NCBI GenBank assembly: GCA_034190465.1
Contig: JAXINV010000027.1
Coordinates: 1-32,091 of the forward strand
Reading direction: 5' to 3'
Source of the DNA: Candidatus Asbonarchaeum danakilense
GTDB taxonomy: Archaea; Nanohalarchaeota; Nanosalinia; Nanosalinales; Nanoanaerosalinaceae
DNA length: 32,091 bases
Both the position numbers and the translations under genes were made by a program. Below are positions 8,737 through 17,889 of the stretch, piece after piece (within the stretch, counting starts at the first letter, position 1; each line of letters opens with the position of its first letter). Below the pieces are notes generated by a model, which had not been told where the DNA came from, ran no database searches, and saw only the letters and a program-made list of their open reading frames with translations.

Positions 8737-10593
8737 ATGATACATCCACGCGACATGGAACGAGTTTCTATCACAGGGCCCAAGTCGCAGCTAGATTCCA
8801 CGATACGACGGCTCCACGAGCTCAACGTCCTCGACATCGATGACTACAACGGCGAATACGACGAATTCGAGCTCGGGAACCCCGAGAAACATGCCGACGG
8901 CATCTCCAACACACTCGTCGCCGCCCGTTCCCTGCTCGACCGGCTCCCCGACGTTGAAAGCGACGGCCCGGCAGAGATCGACGGCCTCAACGACCTGCAG
9001 GAACGTGTCGACACGATCGAGGACGAACTGGAGATGATCGAGGACGAACGCCAGGAACTTGAGGAACGCCGCGACCGGAAAGAAGAACTGCTCGCACGTC
9101 TCAGGCTCATCGACCGGCTCGGCCTCGACCCGGACGACTTCCAGCAGCTTGACGCCGTCGACATCATCCTCGGCCGGGTTGACGACACCTCGTTCGAAGA
9201 CGAGCTGCCGGAGGGGCGGTACGAACTGTACCAGGACGGTGACGCCATCGCCCTGTTCGTCGACGCGGACCTGGACGTGGACCAGGCGCTCGGCCGGTGC
9301 GGGTTCGACCCGGTAGAGATTGATGACCTGTACGAGGTCGACAAGAAAGCCCGGGACGCTATCAGGGACGTGAAGGAAAAACTGGACGACATCAGGTCTG
9401 ATATCGATGCTATCGACGACGAAAAGAAGCAGCTGGCGGAGAAGCACCGCAGCTACCTCGAAGCGAACGAGAAAGAGCTCGCCGAGGAGCTGGAGAAGGC
9501 CGAGGCCCCACTCCGGTTCGCCACCTCGGAGAACGCGTTCGTGGCCGAGGGCTGGATGCCGGAGGACCGGTTCAAGAAGGTCAAGACCGCGCTGGAGGAC
9601 GAATCCGACGGCCGGGTGCACGTGCAGCGGGAGGACGCCGACGGCGAGCAGCCCCCTGTCCAGCACGACAACCCCGGTCCCGTCGACAACTTCGAGGACC
9701 TGACCGACCTGGTCTCCGTCCCGAAGTACGGCGAGGTCGATCCATCGTTCATCCTGTTCCTGACCTTCCCGCTGTTCTTCGGGTTCATGATCGGGGACGC
9801 CGGCTACGGCCTGGCCTCGTTCATCGTGTTCTACCTCGGGATGCGTATGTTCCCCGGCGCGAAGGATATTTTCAAGTCCTTGATGTTCGCGTCCGCCGCG
9901 ACGTTCGTGTTCGGACTCATATTCGGTGACGCGTTCGGCTACATCATCTTCGGCGAACACTCCGCATTGACCGCCCTGACAGGCATCGAGTTCTTCAGCC
10001 AGATCCCCGTGCTGTTCCACAGGACCCACAATATGACGATGCTGTTCATGATATCGGCCGCGATCGGCGTGGTGCACATCAACCTCGGGTACCTGCTCGG
10101 CATGTACAACGAATACCGGCACCACGGCCTGATCGAAGCGGTCCTGGCCAAGGGAAGCTGGATCGTGCTGGAACTGGGAGCGGTCGCCTGGTACCTGTAC
10201 GGCACCGCGGTCGGCGCACCGGTCATGGTCACGGCGGTCGCGATGCTGGCGAAGGGAGAAGGCATCCAGGGCATTGTCGAGATCCCGTCGCTGCTGTCCA
10301 ACATCCTCTCCTACCTCCGGATATTCGGCGTCATGGTAGCAGCAATAGCACTGGCGAAGGTCGTCAACTCGCTCGCCTCCCCGATGCTCGCTACAGGCAC
10401 GCTGCTTGGGCTGTCGGGCGGCACACTGATCCTGATGGTCGGTCACACGATGAACACGTTCATCAAGATCATCGAGGGCTTCCTGCAGGGCATCCGGCTC
10501 CACTATGTCGAGATGTTCATGAAGTTCTTCGACGGCGGTGGACGGCCGTACAACCCGTTCGGCGCACGTTTCGCAGATGAATCACGACCATAA
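8737..10593 (+). CDS. atpI: A-type ATP synthase subunit I (a)
   Basis: PKYGEVDP, FGFMIGDAGYG, LSYLR (essential Arg), IRLHYVEMF.KFFDGGG. Confidence 0.96.
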   Translation: MIHPRDMERVSITGPKSQLDSTIRRLHELNVLDIDDYNGEYDEFELGNPEKHADGISNTLVAARSLLDRLPDVESDGPAEIDGLNDLQERVDTIEDELEMIEDERQELEERRDRKEELLARLRLIDRLGLDPDDFQQLDAVDIILGRVDDTSFEDELPEGRYELYQDGDAIALFVDADLDVDQALGRCGFDPVEIDDLYEVDKKARDAIRDVKEKLDDIRSDIDAIDDEKKQLAEKHRSYLEANEKELAEELEKAEAPLRFATSENAFVAEGWMPEDRFKKVKTALEDESDGRVHVQREDADGEQPPVQHDNPGPVDNFEDLTDLVSVPKYGEVDPSFILFLTFPLFFGFMIGDAGYGLASFIVFYLGMRMFPGAKDIFKSLMFASAATFVFGLIFGDAFGYIIFGEHSALTALTGIEFFSQIPVLFHRTHNMTMLFMISAAIGVVHINLGYLLGMYNEYRHHGLIEAVLAKGSWIVLELGAVAWYLYGTAVGAPVMVTAVAMLAKGEGIQGIVEIPSLLSNILSYLRIFGVMVAAIALAKVVNSLASPMLATGTLLGLSGGTLILMVGHTMNTFIKIIEGFLQGIRLHYVEMFMKFFDGGGRPYNPFGARFADESRP

Positions 10594-10618
10594 TCGATAT
10601 TTGAGGTGAACTTCAACA

Positions 10619-10849
10619 ATGGCAGCTGAACAAGCATTCGGTGGCATGGCAACAATCGGTGCCGGCATCGCCGTCGGCCTGACAGGTCTGGGCACAGGTT
10701 GGGCCCAGTCCAAGATCGGGGCGGCCGCGGTCGGCGCGATGGCCGAAGATGAAAGTCTCTTCGGACAGGGTCTGATCATGACCGTCATCCCTGAGACGAT
10801 GGTCATCTTCGGGCTTGTCATCGCACTCCGTGCACTCGGCATGATCTAA
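10619..10849 (+). CDS. atpK: A-type ATP synthase subunit K (c), single hairpin
   Basis: 76 aa, Gly-rich helix with WAQ, IPETMVIFG carboxylate motif; GAGGTGA SD. Confidence 0.96.
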   Translation: MAAEQAFGGMATIGAGIAVGLTGLGTGWAQSKIGAAAVGAMAEDESLFGQGLIMTVIPETMVIFGLVIALRALGMI

Positions 10850-10869
10850 GCGCGCCATGACCCGGCGCA

Positions 10870-10888
10870 TTTTTTCCTTTTTCCTTTT
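10870..10888 (+). terminator. Intra-operon oligo-T terminator candidate after atpK
   Basis: TTTTTTCCTTTTTCCTTTT starting 21 nt after the atpK stop. Confidence 0.55.
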
Positions 10889-10943
10889 CCACGGGTCACG
10901 ACAGAAGCAGCGCCGCAGCAGCGGCACCCACAGGTGAACAACA

Positions 10944-11492
10944 ATGGCACTCGACAAAGTCAAGCAGGAGATCCTGGACGAGGCAGAGGACAAGGCAGAG
11001 CGCATCATCGAGGAGGCCGAAGAAGAGGCAGACGACATCGTCTCCGAGGCAGAACAGAAGGCAGACGACCTCGAGGCCCAGGCAAGACAGGAGGCCGAAG
11101 ACAGGGCAGAAGCGCTCAAGAAACAGAAGAAAGCCTCCGCAAAGATGGAGGCACGGCAGAAGAAGATGGAGGCAAAACAGGACGTCATCGACCAGGCCTT
11201 CACCCTCCTCGAGGACCGCGTCCGGAACATGGATCAGGACGACCGAAAAGAACTGTTCCAACGCGTCCTGGACCGTATCAGCGACGAGACGACGATCGGT
11301 ACCGTCCACTGCAGCGAGGAGATGGTCAACGCGGTCGACGACATGGTCAACGCCGACGTCCAGGCAGCCGACATCGACGGCATCATCGTCGAGGACGCGG
11401 ACGGCAGCGTCAGGTACGACTACTCGTTCGACACCGTGCTCGAAAACGTCCGGAACGAACACAGGAAAGACGTCGCGAAGGAACTGTTCTGA
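10944..11492 (+). CDS. atpE: A-type ATP synthase subunit E
   Basis: MALDKVKQEILDEA coiled coil; GIIVEDADGSVRYDYSFD C-terminal motif. Confidence 0.93.
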   Translation: MALDKVKQEILDEAEDKAERIIEEAEEEADDIVSEAEQKADDLEAQARQEAEDRAEALKKQKKASAKMEARQKKMEAKQDVIDQAFTLLEDRVRNMDQDDRKELFQRVLDRISDETTIGTVHCSEEMVNAVDDMVNADVQAADIDGIIVEDADGSVRYDYSFDTVLENVRNEHRKDVAKELF

Positions 11493-11498
11493 TCAGCG

Positions 11499-12539
11499 AT
11501 GAACCCGGTCAAACGCATCATCGGCTACGGCAGCTTCCCCTACGTCAGCGCACGGGTCAGGACGATGCGTTCCAATCTCCTGACCAGCAACGACTACCGG
11601 AAGCTGGAAAAGATGTCGACAGCGGAGATCCTGGAGTTCCTGCAGCAGTGCGACTACAAGCAGGACATCAACAGGTTCAGCTCCGAGTACGACCGGGAGG
11701 ATCTGCTCGAACTGGCGCTCCGCAACCACAAGGCACGGGTCTACAGCAAACTGCTCGACATGAGTCCCGAGATACTGCAGGACCTCTTGCGGGCGTACTT
11801 CCAGCGGATCGACCTGGAGAACGTCAAGACCGTGCTCAGGTCGAAGCGCCGGGGCCATGACGACATCGAGGACATGCTGCTGCCCACGCAGGACCTGCCC
11901 GAGGAACGCCTCCTCGAACTGGCAGACATGGAACGGATGGAAGATCTGCTGGCGGCGATCAAACTGCCCGGCGGCGACCAGCTGCTCGACCGGGCGGAGC
12001 CGGACGACGACCTCCAGACGATCGAACGCGAGATCGATAGAGCATACTACGAGCACCTGATCAACGTCGCGGACGAGATCCCCGAGCAGGGCCAGCTGTT
12101 CCGCCGGTTCCTCCAGCTGGAGGTCGAGAGCAGGAACCTCAGCATGATCCTCCGGCTGAAACGCGCGGGCCGGAATCCTGAGTACATCCGGGACCAGCTG
12201 TTCGACCTGCCACACACCGTCAGGACGGTCAGCCACGACGACCTCATCCGGGCTGAAAGCTATGAGGACGCGATCGAGCTCCTGAAAGATGAGAAGATCG
12301 GTTCATACATCGGATCCGACAACCTCGCGGAGGTCGAACGGGCGCTGGACCGGTACAAGCTGGAACAGGGCAGCACGATGCTACACCAGCAGCCCCTGTC
12401 CATCAACCCGGTGCTCGGCTACATGATCGCGAAGGAAGCCGAGATCCAGAACCTGCGCGTCATCCTCCAGGCCAACAAGGCCGACCTCGGCGAGGAGTTC
12501 ATGGAGCGGAACATCATCCACGAGGTGGTCGAGCGATGA
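11499..12539 (+). CDS. atpC: A-type ATP synthase subunit C
   Basis: YVSARVRTMRSNLL, DLENVKTVLR, YMIAKEAEIQNLRVI. Confidence 0.93.
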   Translation: MNPVKRIIGYGSFPYVSARVRTMRSNLLTSNDYRKLEKMSTAEILEFLQQCDYKQDINRFSSEYDREDLLELALRNHKARVYSKLLDMSPEILQDLLRAYFQRIDLENVKTVLRSKRRGHDDIEDMLLPTQDLPEERLLELADMERMEDLLAAIKLPGGDQLLDRAEPDDDLQTIEREIDRAYYEHLINVADEIPEQGQLFRRFLQLEVESRNLSMILRLKRAGRNPEYIRDQLFDLPHTVRTVSHDDLIRAESYEDAIELLKDEKIGSYIGSDNLAEVERALDRYKLEQGSTMLHQQPLSINPVLGYMIAKEAEIQNLRVILQANKADLGEEFMERNIIHEVVER

Positions 12540-13084
12540 GCCAGGTCCAGGACGTTTTTGAACGGGAACGCGACGACCTGGCATCAACCGAGCTGTGTAA
12601 GAACGCGACGAACTTCGTCGACTTCCGCGGCAGCGAGGACCCTGTCGTCCTGTTCGTCGGGGAGGCGCCCGGCCGCGAGGAAGACCTGCAGGGCAAACCG
12701 TTCGTCGGTCGTTCCGGCGACCTGCTGGACGACTGGGTGGACGAGCTGGGCCTGGACGAGGACGACTACGCGATCACGAACGTCGTCAAGTGCCGGCCGC
12801 CCGAGAACCGGACACCGACCGACGAGGAGGCGGAACGGTTCGGGAAGTGGCTGGACGAGGAGATCGACGCGATGCAGCCCGACCTCATCGTCCCGCTCGG
12901 CAAGACCGGGGCCACGTTCCTGATCGACGGCATCGAGGAGAAAAGCTTCGTCAAGGACGTCTGCGAACACGTCTTCGAGACCGAGCACGGACAGGTCTAC
13001 CCGCTGCCGCATCCGGCGTACGCGCTGCGTTCCGGGTTCGAACCCGACTTCGACGGGCTGCGCAAGGTGATACACGATGACTGA
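12536..13084 (+). CDS. udg: Uracil-DNA glycosylase, family 4-like
   Basis: VGEAPG (motif A), ED..GKPFVGRSG, ITNVVKCRPPENRTP, HPAY (motif B). Confidence 0.9.
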   Translation: MSQVQDVFERERDDLASTELCKNATNFVDFRGSEDPVVLFVGEAPGREEDLQGKPFVGRSGDLLDDWVDELGLDEDDYAITNVVKCRPPENRTPTDEEAERFGKWLDEEIDAMQPDLIVPLGKTGATFLIDGIEEKSFVKDVCEHVFETEHGQVYPLPHPAYALRSGFEPDFDGLRKVIHDD

Positions 13085-13394
13085 AAAGGAAAAGCTCAAG
13101 GACATCGCCGTCATCGGCGACAGGGAGCTCTGCCTCGGCTTCAGGCTTGCCGGCGTCGAGGAGACCCACGTCGTCGACGAGGACGAGTTCGAAGACACGT
13201 TCAACGACCTTATGGACAGGGACCTGGGCATCCTGATCACGCACCAGGACCTCCTGCATACGCTCAACAGGAAACGGCGGGAGCAGGTCAACGATTCCGT
13301 CGAGCCCGTTGTCGTCGCGCTCTCCGAGGAAGGGGAGTCCTCCGACCTGCGGGCGAAGATCAAGCAAGCGATAGGTGTTGACATCTGGAGCTGA
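13077..13394 (+). CDS. atpF: A-type ATP synthase subunit F
   Basis: IAVIGD...LGFRLAGV; LRAKIKQAIGVDIW. Confidence 0.94.
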   Translation: MTEKEKLKDIAVIGDRELCLGFRLAGVEETHVVDEDEFEDTFNDLMDRDLGILITHQDLLHTLNRKRREQVNDSVEPVVVALSEEGESSDLRAKIKQAIGVDIWS

Positions 13395-13405
13395 GGTGAT
13401 GCATC

Positions 13406-15175
13406 ATGACTGATCAAGAATTCACAGACGTAGGAGAGATCTACAAGGTCTCAGGACCTGTAGTCATCGCAGAAAACCTGAAGACACAGATGAACGACGT
13501 CGTCCGGGTCGGCGAGGAAGGCCTGATGGGGGAGGTCATCCAGATCGAGGGTGACCGGACCTACATCCAGGTCTACGAGGACACCACCGGTATCAAGCCG
13601 GGGGAGCCCGTCAAGAACACCGGGCGACCGCTCTCCGTCCAGCTCGGACCCGGCCTGCTCGGCAGCATCTACGACGGCCTGCAGCGGCCGCTGCCCGAGA
13701 TCGAGAAGAAAACCGGCAACTTCATCGAGCGAGGCGTCGATGCTCCAGGTGTCGACCAGGACAAGGAATGGGACTTCCAGCCCGAGGTCGAGGAAGGCGA
13801 CAACGTCAGCCAGGGCGACGTCCTCGGCACCGTCGAGGAGAAAGGCAACGAGCACAAGATCCTCGTCCCGCCGCGGAAGGAGGGCACCGTCGCGGAGATC
13901 GACGACGGCCCGCACACCGTCGACGAGCCGATCATTGAACTCGAAGACGGCACCGAGATATCCATGATGCAGGAATGGCCGATCCGGGAGGCCCGCGAGG
14001 TCTCCGAAAAGCTCCGGCCCGAAGTTCCGCTGATCACCGGGCAGCGCGTGCTTGACGGCCTGTTCCCGATGTCGAAGGGCGGCGTCGCCGCGATCCCCGG
14101 CGGGTTCGGGACCGGCAAGACCGTCACCCAGCAGCAGCTTGCCAAGTGGAGTGACGCCGACATCATCGTCTACATCGGCTGCGGTGAGCGGGGCAACGAG
14201 ATGACAGAGGTCCTCGACGAGTTCCCTGAACTGGAGGACCCGCACAGCGAGGAGGACCGGAAGCTGATGGACCGGACCGTCCTCATCGCGAACACGTCGA
14301 ACATGCCTGTCGCGGCCCGGGAGGCCTCGATCTACACAGGCATCACCATCGCGGAGTACTTCCGGGACCAGGGTTACTCGGTCGCCCTGATGGCCGACTC
14401 CACCTCGCGGTGGGCCGAGGCGATGCGTGAGGTCTCCGCGCGGCTCGAGGAGATGCCAGGCGAGCGTGGCTATCCTGCGTACCTGGCGTCGAAGCTGGCC
14501 GAGTTCTACGAGCGGGCCGGACGCGTCGACCCGCTGGCGGACAACATCGACGATCCCGGCTCCGTCTCCGTCATCGGGGCTGTCAGTCCTCCTGGCGGCG
14601 ACTTCACCGAGCCGGTCACCCAGAACACGCTGCGTGTGACCAAGACGTTCTGGGCGCTGGACAAGGAGCTGGCGAACAAGCGCCACTTCCCGGCGATCTC
14701 GTGGACGGACAGTTACTCCGGCTACACGGAGAAGCTCCAGCCCTACTTCGAGGAGAACGTCGACGAGGACTGGGGTGAGATGATCAAGCGGGCGAAGAAC
14801 CTGCTGCAGGAGGACGAGAAGCTGCAGGAGACAGTCCAGCTGGTCGGCAAGGACGCGCTGCCCGAAGAACAGCAGCTCACCCTGGAGATCGCCAGGATGG
14901 TGAAGGAGTTCTTCCTCCAGCAGAACGCGTTCCACGACATCGACACGTTCTGCTCGCCTGAGAAGACGATCGCGATCCTGAAGACGATCATGGAGTTCGG
15001 CGACCGTGCCGAGGAAGCCATGGAACAGGGCGCGATGCTGGAAGACATCAATGAGGCAGCGTCCAAGCAGATGATTTCAAACATCAAGTTCGAAGGCGAC
15101 TGGGAGAGCTACCTCGACGAGATCCACGACCAGATCGATGAGGACTTCCAGTCCATCGGAGGTGGTGGATCATGA
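13406..15175 (+). CDS. atpA: A-type ATP synthase subunit A (catalytic), intein-free
   Basis: GGFGTGKT P-loop, [28 protein letters not shown]; 589 aa. Confidence 0.98.
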   Translation: MTDQEFTDVGEIYKVSGPVVIAENLKTQMNDVVRVGEEGLMGEVIQIEGDRTYIQVYEDTTGIKPGEPVKNTGRPLSVQLGPGLLGSIYDGLQRPLPEIEKKTGNFIERGVDAPGVDQDKEWDFQPEVEEGDNVSQGDVLGTVEEKGNEHKILVPPRKEGTVAEIDDGPHTVDEPIIELEDGTEISMMQEWPIREAREVSEKLRPEVPLITGQRVLDGLFPMSKGGVAAIPGGFGTGKTVTQQQLAKWSDADIIVYIGCGERGNEMTEVLDEFPELEDPHSEEDRKLMDRTVLIANTSNMPVAAREASIYTGITIAEYFRDQGYSVALMADSTSRWAEAMREVSARLEEMPGERGYPAYLASKLAEFYERAGRVDPLADNIDDPGSVSVIGAVSPPGGDFTEPVTQNTLRVTKTFWALDKELANKRHFPAISWTDSYSGYTEKLQPYFEENVDEDWGEMIKRAKNLLQEDEKLQETVQLVGKDALPEEQQLTLEIARMVKEFFLQQNAFHDIDTFCSPEKTIAILKTIMEFGDRAEEAMEQGAMLEDINEAASKQMISNIKFEGDWESYLDEIHDQIDEDFQSIGGGGS

Positions 15176-15231
15176 CTTCCGCATCAGCGCGAAGGCATGA
15201 GATCCACCGATCGGAGAGAGGTGACATCTAA
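15172..15231 (+). other. 19-codon mini-ORF bridging atpA and atpB ([19 protein letters not shown])
   Basis: ATG overlaps the atpA stop (ATGA) and TAA overlaps the atpB start (TAATG); GGAGGTG at 15158-15164. Confidence 0.45.
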
Positions 15232-16616
15232 TGAGTAAAGAGTACCAGACCGTACGGGAGATCAACGGACCGCTCGTGTTCGTTGAGAAGACAGAGAACG
15301 TCGCCTACGGGGACATCGTCGAGATCAAGACCCCCGAGGGCGAACGGAAACGAGGCGAGGTCCTCGAGACCTCGAAGGACGTCGTCGTGGTCCAGGTCTA
15401 CGAGGAGACCACCGGGCTCGGCCGTGACGCCCGGGTCAAGTTCCTGGACAAGAACGTCAAGATGCCCGTGACCGAGGACCTCCTCGGCAGGATTCTGAAC
15501 GGCCGTGGCGAACCGATCGACGACGGGCCGGAGATCATCCCCGAGGAGGAGCGGGACATCGTCGGCGAGTCGATCAATCCTTACTCCCGCGAGCTGCCGG
15601 AGGACTTCATCCAGACCGGCATCTCATCGATCGACGGGATGAACACCCTGGTCAGGGGACAGAAGCTGCCGATCTTCTCCGGTTCAGGGATGCCGCACAA
15701 CGAGATCGCGCTGCAGATCGCGCGGCAGGCAGAGGTCCGTGACCAGGACGAGGAGTTCGCCGTCGTGTTCGCCGGCATGGGTATCACCAACGACGAGGCG
15801 CAGGAGTTCATCGACGACTTCCGCGAGACCGGCGCGCTTGAACGCAGCGTCGTATTCCTCAACCGTGCCGACGACCCCGCGGCGGAGCGTATCGTCACAC
15901 CGCGGATGGCGTTGACGACCGCGGAGTACCTCGCGTTCGAGGAAGGGATGCACGTCCTCGTCATCCTGACGGACATGACCAACTACTGTAACTCGCTGCG
16001 TGAGATCGCCGCAGCCCGGGAGGAGGTGCCGGGCCGCCGTGGCTATCCGGGCTACATGTACACCGACCTGGCAGAGATCTACGAGCGGGCCGGGCAGATC
16101 GAGGGGAAGAAGGGCTCGATCACCCAAGTCCCGATTCTGACCATGGTCGGCGACGACATCACGCACCCGATCCCGGACCTGACCGGGTACATCACCGAGG
16201 GCCAGATCGTGCTGGACCGCGACCTGCACAACAAGGGCATCTACCCGCCGATCAACGTGCTTGAAAGCCTGTCACGGCTGATGGACGCAGGCATCGGCGA
16301 GGGTAAGACCCGTGACGACCACGACGAGGTCAAGGACCAGCTGTTCGCCGACTACGCGGAGGGCGTCTCGCTCCGTGAACTTGTGCAGATCGTCGGCGAG
16401 GACGCGCTGTCCGAGCAGGACCGGAAAGTGCTCAACTTCGCCGAGATGTACGAGGAAGAGTTCGTCCAGCAGGGCCGTGACGAGAACCGTTCCATCGAGG
16501 ACACGCTGGGCGAGGCATGGAGGCTGCTCGGCCACCTGCCACGTGAGACCCTGAACAGGATCGATCCCGACCTGCTCGACGAACACTACGAGGACCAGAC
16601 CGGGAGCGAGGAGTGA
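15231..16616 (+). CDS. atpB: A-type ATP synthase subunit B
   Basis: [43 protein letters not shown]. Confidence 0.98.
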   Translation: MSKEYQTVREINGPLVFVEKTENVAYGDIVEIKTPEGERKRGEVLETSKDVVVVQVYEETTGLGRDARVKFLDKNVKMPVTEDLLGRILNGRGEPIDDGPEIIPEEERDIVGESINPYSRELPEDFIQTGISSIDGMNTLVRGQKLPIFSGSGMPHNEIALQIARQAEVRDQDEEFAVVFAGMGITNDEAQEFIDDFRETGALERSVVFLNRADDPAAERIVTPRMALTTAEYLAFEEGMHVLVILTDMTNYCNSLREIAAAREEVPGRRGYPGYMYTDLAEIYERAGQIEGKKGSITQVPILTMVGDDITHPIPDLTGYITEGQIVLDRDLHNKGIYPPINVLESLSRLMDAGIGEGKTRDDHDEVKDQLFADYAEGVSLRELVQIVGEDALSEQDRKVLNFAEMYEEEFVQQGRDENRSIEDTLGEAWRLLGHLPRETLNRIDPDLLDEHYEDQTGSEE

Positions 16617-16622
16617 TCACCA

Positions 16623-17366
16623 ATGGCACAGGATGTCAAACCGACACGCGCCGAGGAACTGCGGCTGAAGGAACAGATCGAACTCGCCGAGTCAGGACAC
16701 TCGATCCTGGAGAAGAAGCGGGACTCGCTGATCCACGACTTCATGGAGATGGCGGACGACGCCCGCGACGTCCAGGGCGAGATGGCCGACCAGTTCAGAC
16801 AGGCGCAGGAAGATCTTGACCGGGCGATCGCGTTCGAGGGCAGTGAGAAGCTGCGTTCCATCGCGATGGCCGTCGACCAGACCCCGCAGGTCGAGCTGGA
16901 GTCGAAGAACCTGATGGGGGTCAAAGTCCCGCTGATCTCCTCGGAGCAGGTCCACCGCGACATCGACGAGCGCGGCTACAGTATCCTGTCATCGACAGCG
17001 ACGATCGATCAGGCCGTCGACTCGTATGAGGAACTGCTGGAACGTGTCATCGAACTGGCTGAGACCGAGACAGCGTTGATCAAGCTGCTGGACGAGATCG
17101 ACAAGACGAAGCGGCGTGTCAACGCGCTGGAGGAGAAGGTCATCCCCGAGATGAAGGAGGCGATGAACTACGTCTCCCAAGTCCTGGAGGAATCCGAGCG
17201 GGAGGAGACGTTCCGGCTGAAGAAGATCAAGGAGAAGACCGACGACACCTCCTACGGCGACGAGGACGACGAAGACACCGCCACCGAGGGCTTCACCTGC
17301 CAGCACTGCGACAGGACGTTCGACTCCGAGCGCGGCCTCCACATCCACCAGAGCCAGAAGCACTGA
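16623..17366 (+). CDS. atpD: A-type ATP synthase subunit D with a C-terminal C2H2 zinc-finger extension
   Basis: KPTRAE...LEKKRD, KTKRRVNALE, EREETFRLKKIK; then an acidic linker and CQHCDRTFDSERGLHIHQSQKH. Confidence 0.95.
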   Translation: MAQDVKPTRAEELRLKEQIELAESGHSILEKKRDSLIHDFMEMADDARDVQGEMADQFRQAQEDLDRAIAFEGSEKLRSIAMAVDQTPQVELESKNLMGVKVPLISSEQVHRDIDERGYSILSSTATIDQAVDSYEELLERVIELAETETALIKLLDEIDKTKRRVNALEEKVIPEMKEAMNYVSQVLEESEREETFRLKKIKEKTDDTSYGDEDDEDTATEGFTCQHCDRTFDSERGLHIHQSQKH

Positions 17367-17376
17367 GGTCCTACCG

Positions 17377-17484
17377 ATGCATGCTCAGGGCTACAAGGGT
17401 TTGATGGAGGAGAACCGAAGCATTATCGTCTTTGTCACCGCGGTCATCGTCATCGCGGCGGTCTATGCATTTCTAACAGGATGA
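17377..17484 (+). CDS. 35-aa single-TM microprotein at the end of the atp operon
   Basis: Hand translation MHAQGYKGLMEENRSIIVFVTAVIVIAAVYAFLTG*; GAGGT SD overlaps the atpD stop; fills the gap up to the convergent vanZ stop. Confidence 0.6.
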   Translation: MHAQGYKGLMEENRSIIVFVTAVIVIAAVYAFLTG

Positions 17485-17494
17485 ACGGATGCTT

Positions 17495-17881
17495 TCACGG
17501 TTCCTCTTCTGTTCCTTCACTGCTGAACAGGCCGTCCACGGCCGGCCTGAACCAGACAAGCGCCGCTCCCGCGATGTTGGCGACAAGGTCCGGAAGCGCG
17601 AAGACACGGCCCGGCACGACCAGCTGCAGCAGCTCGAACAGCACACCGATCCCGACCACGGTCGCCACCACCCGGAGCCGTGACCGCTCGAACCGGATCG
17701 GGAAGGCAGCGGACGCCAGCAGGCCGAGGACGAGATACGCCGCGAGGTGCAGCAGTATGCCCGGTACACCGCTCCCTGGAACACCTGTCCCCGGTGCGAG
17801 CGAGGCGTAGGCGAGGAACAGCGTGTACAGTGAGATAGCGACCCGTAACAGTGTCAGCTTTGGACTGTACAGGCGTGCCAT
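17495..17881 (-). CDS. VanZ-family membrane protein
   Basis: LHLAAY..LG, E..Q..VPGR, D..AN..G motifs. Confidence 0.85.
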   Translation of the reverse strand: MARLYSPKLTLLRVAISLYTLFLAYASLAPGTGVPGSGVPGILLHLAAYLVLGLLASAAFPIRFERSRLRVVATVVGIGVLFELLQLVVPGRVFALPDLVANIAGAALVWFRPAVDGLFSSEGTEEEP

Positions 17882-17889
17882 GGTTCCCC

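Noticed and set aside
10934..11860. 308-aa R/G-rich alternative-frame ORF over atpE-atpC (and similarly 4770-5792)
   Set aside because: Off-frame read-through caused by codon bias; overlaps well-supported genes.
12536..13084. UdgX-type suicide glycosylase
   Set aside because: The KRRIH loop is absent; the region reads VKCRPPENR as in ordinary family 4.
13406..16616. Intein in AtpA or AtpB
   Set aside because: Lengths (589 and 461 aa) are standard and the conserved motifs are contiguous.
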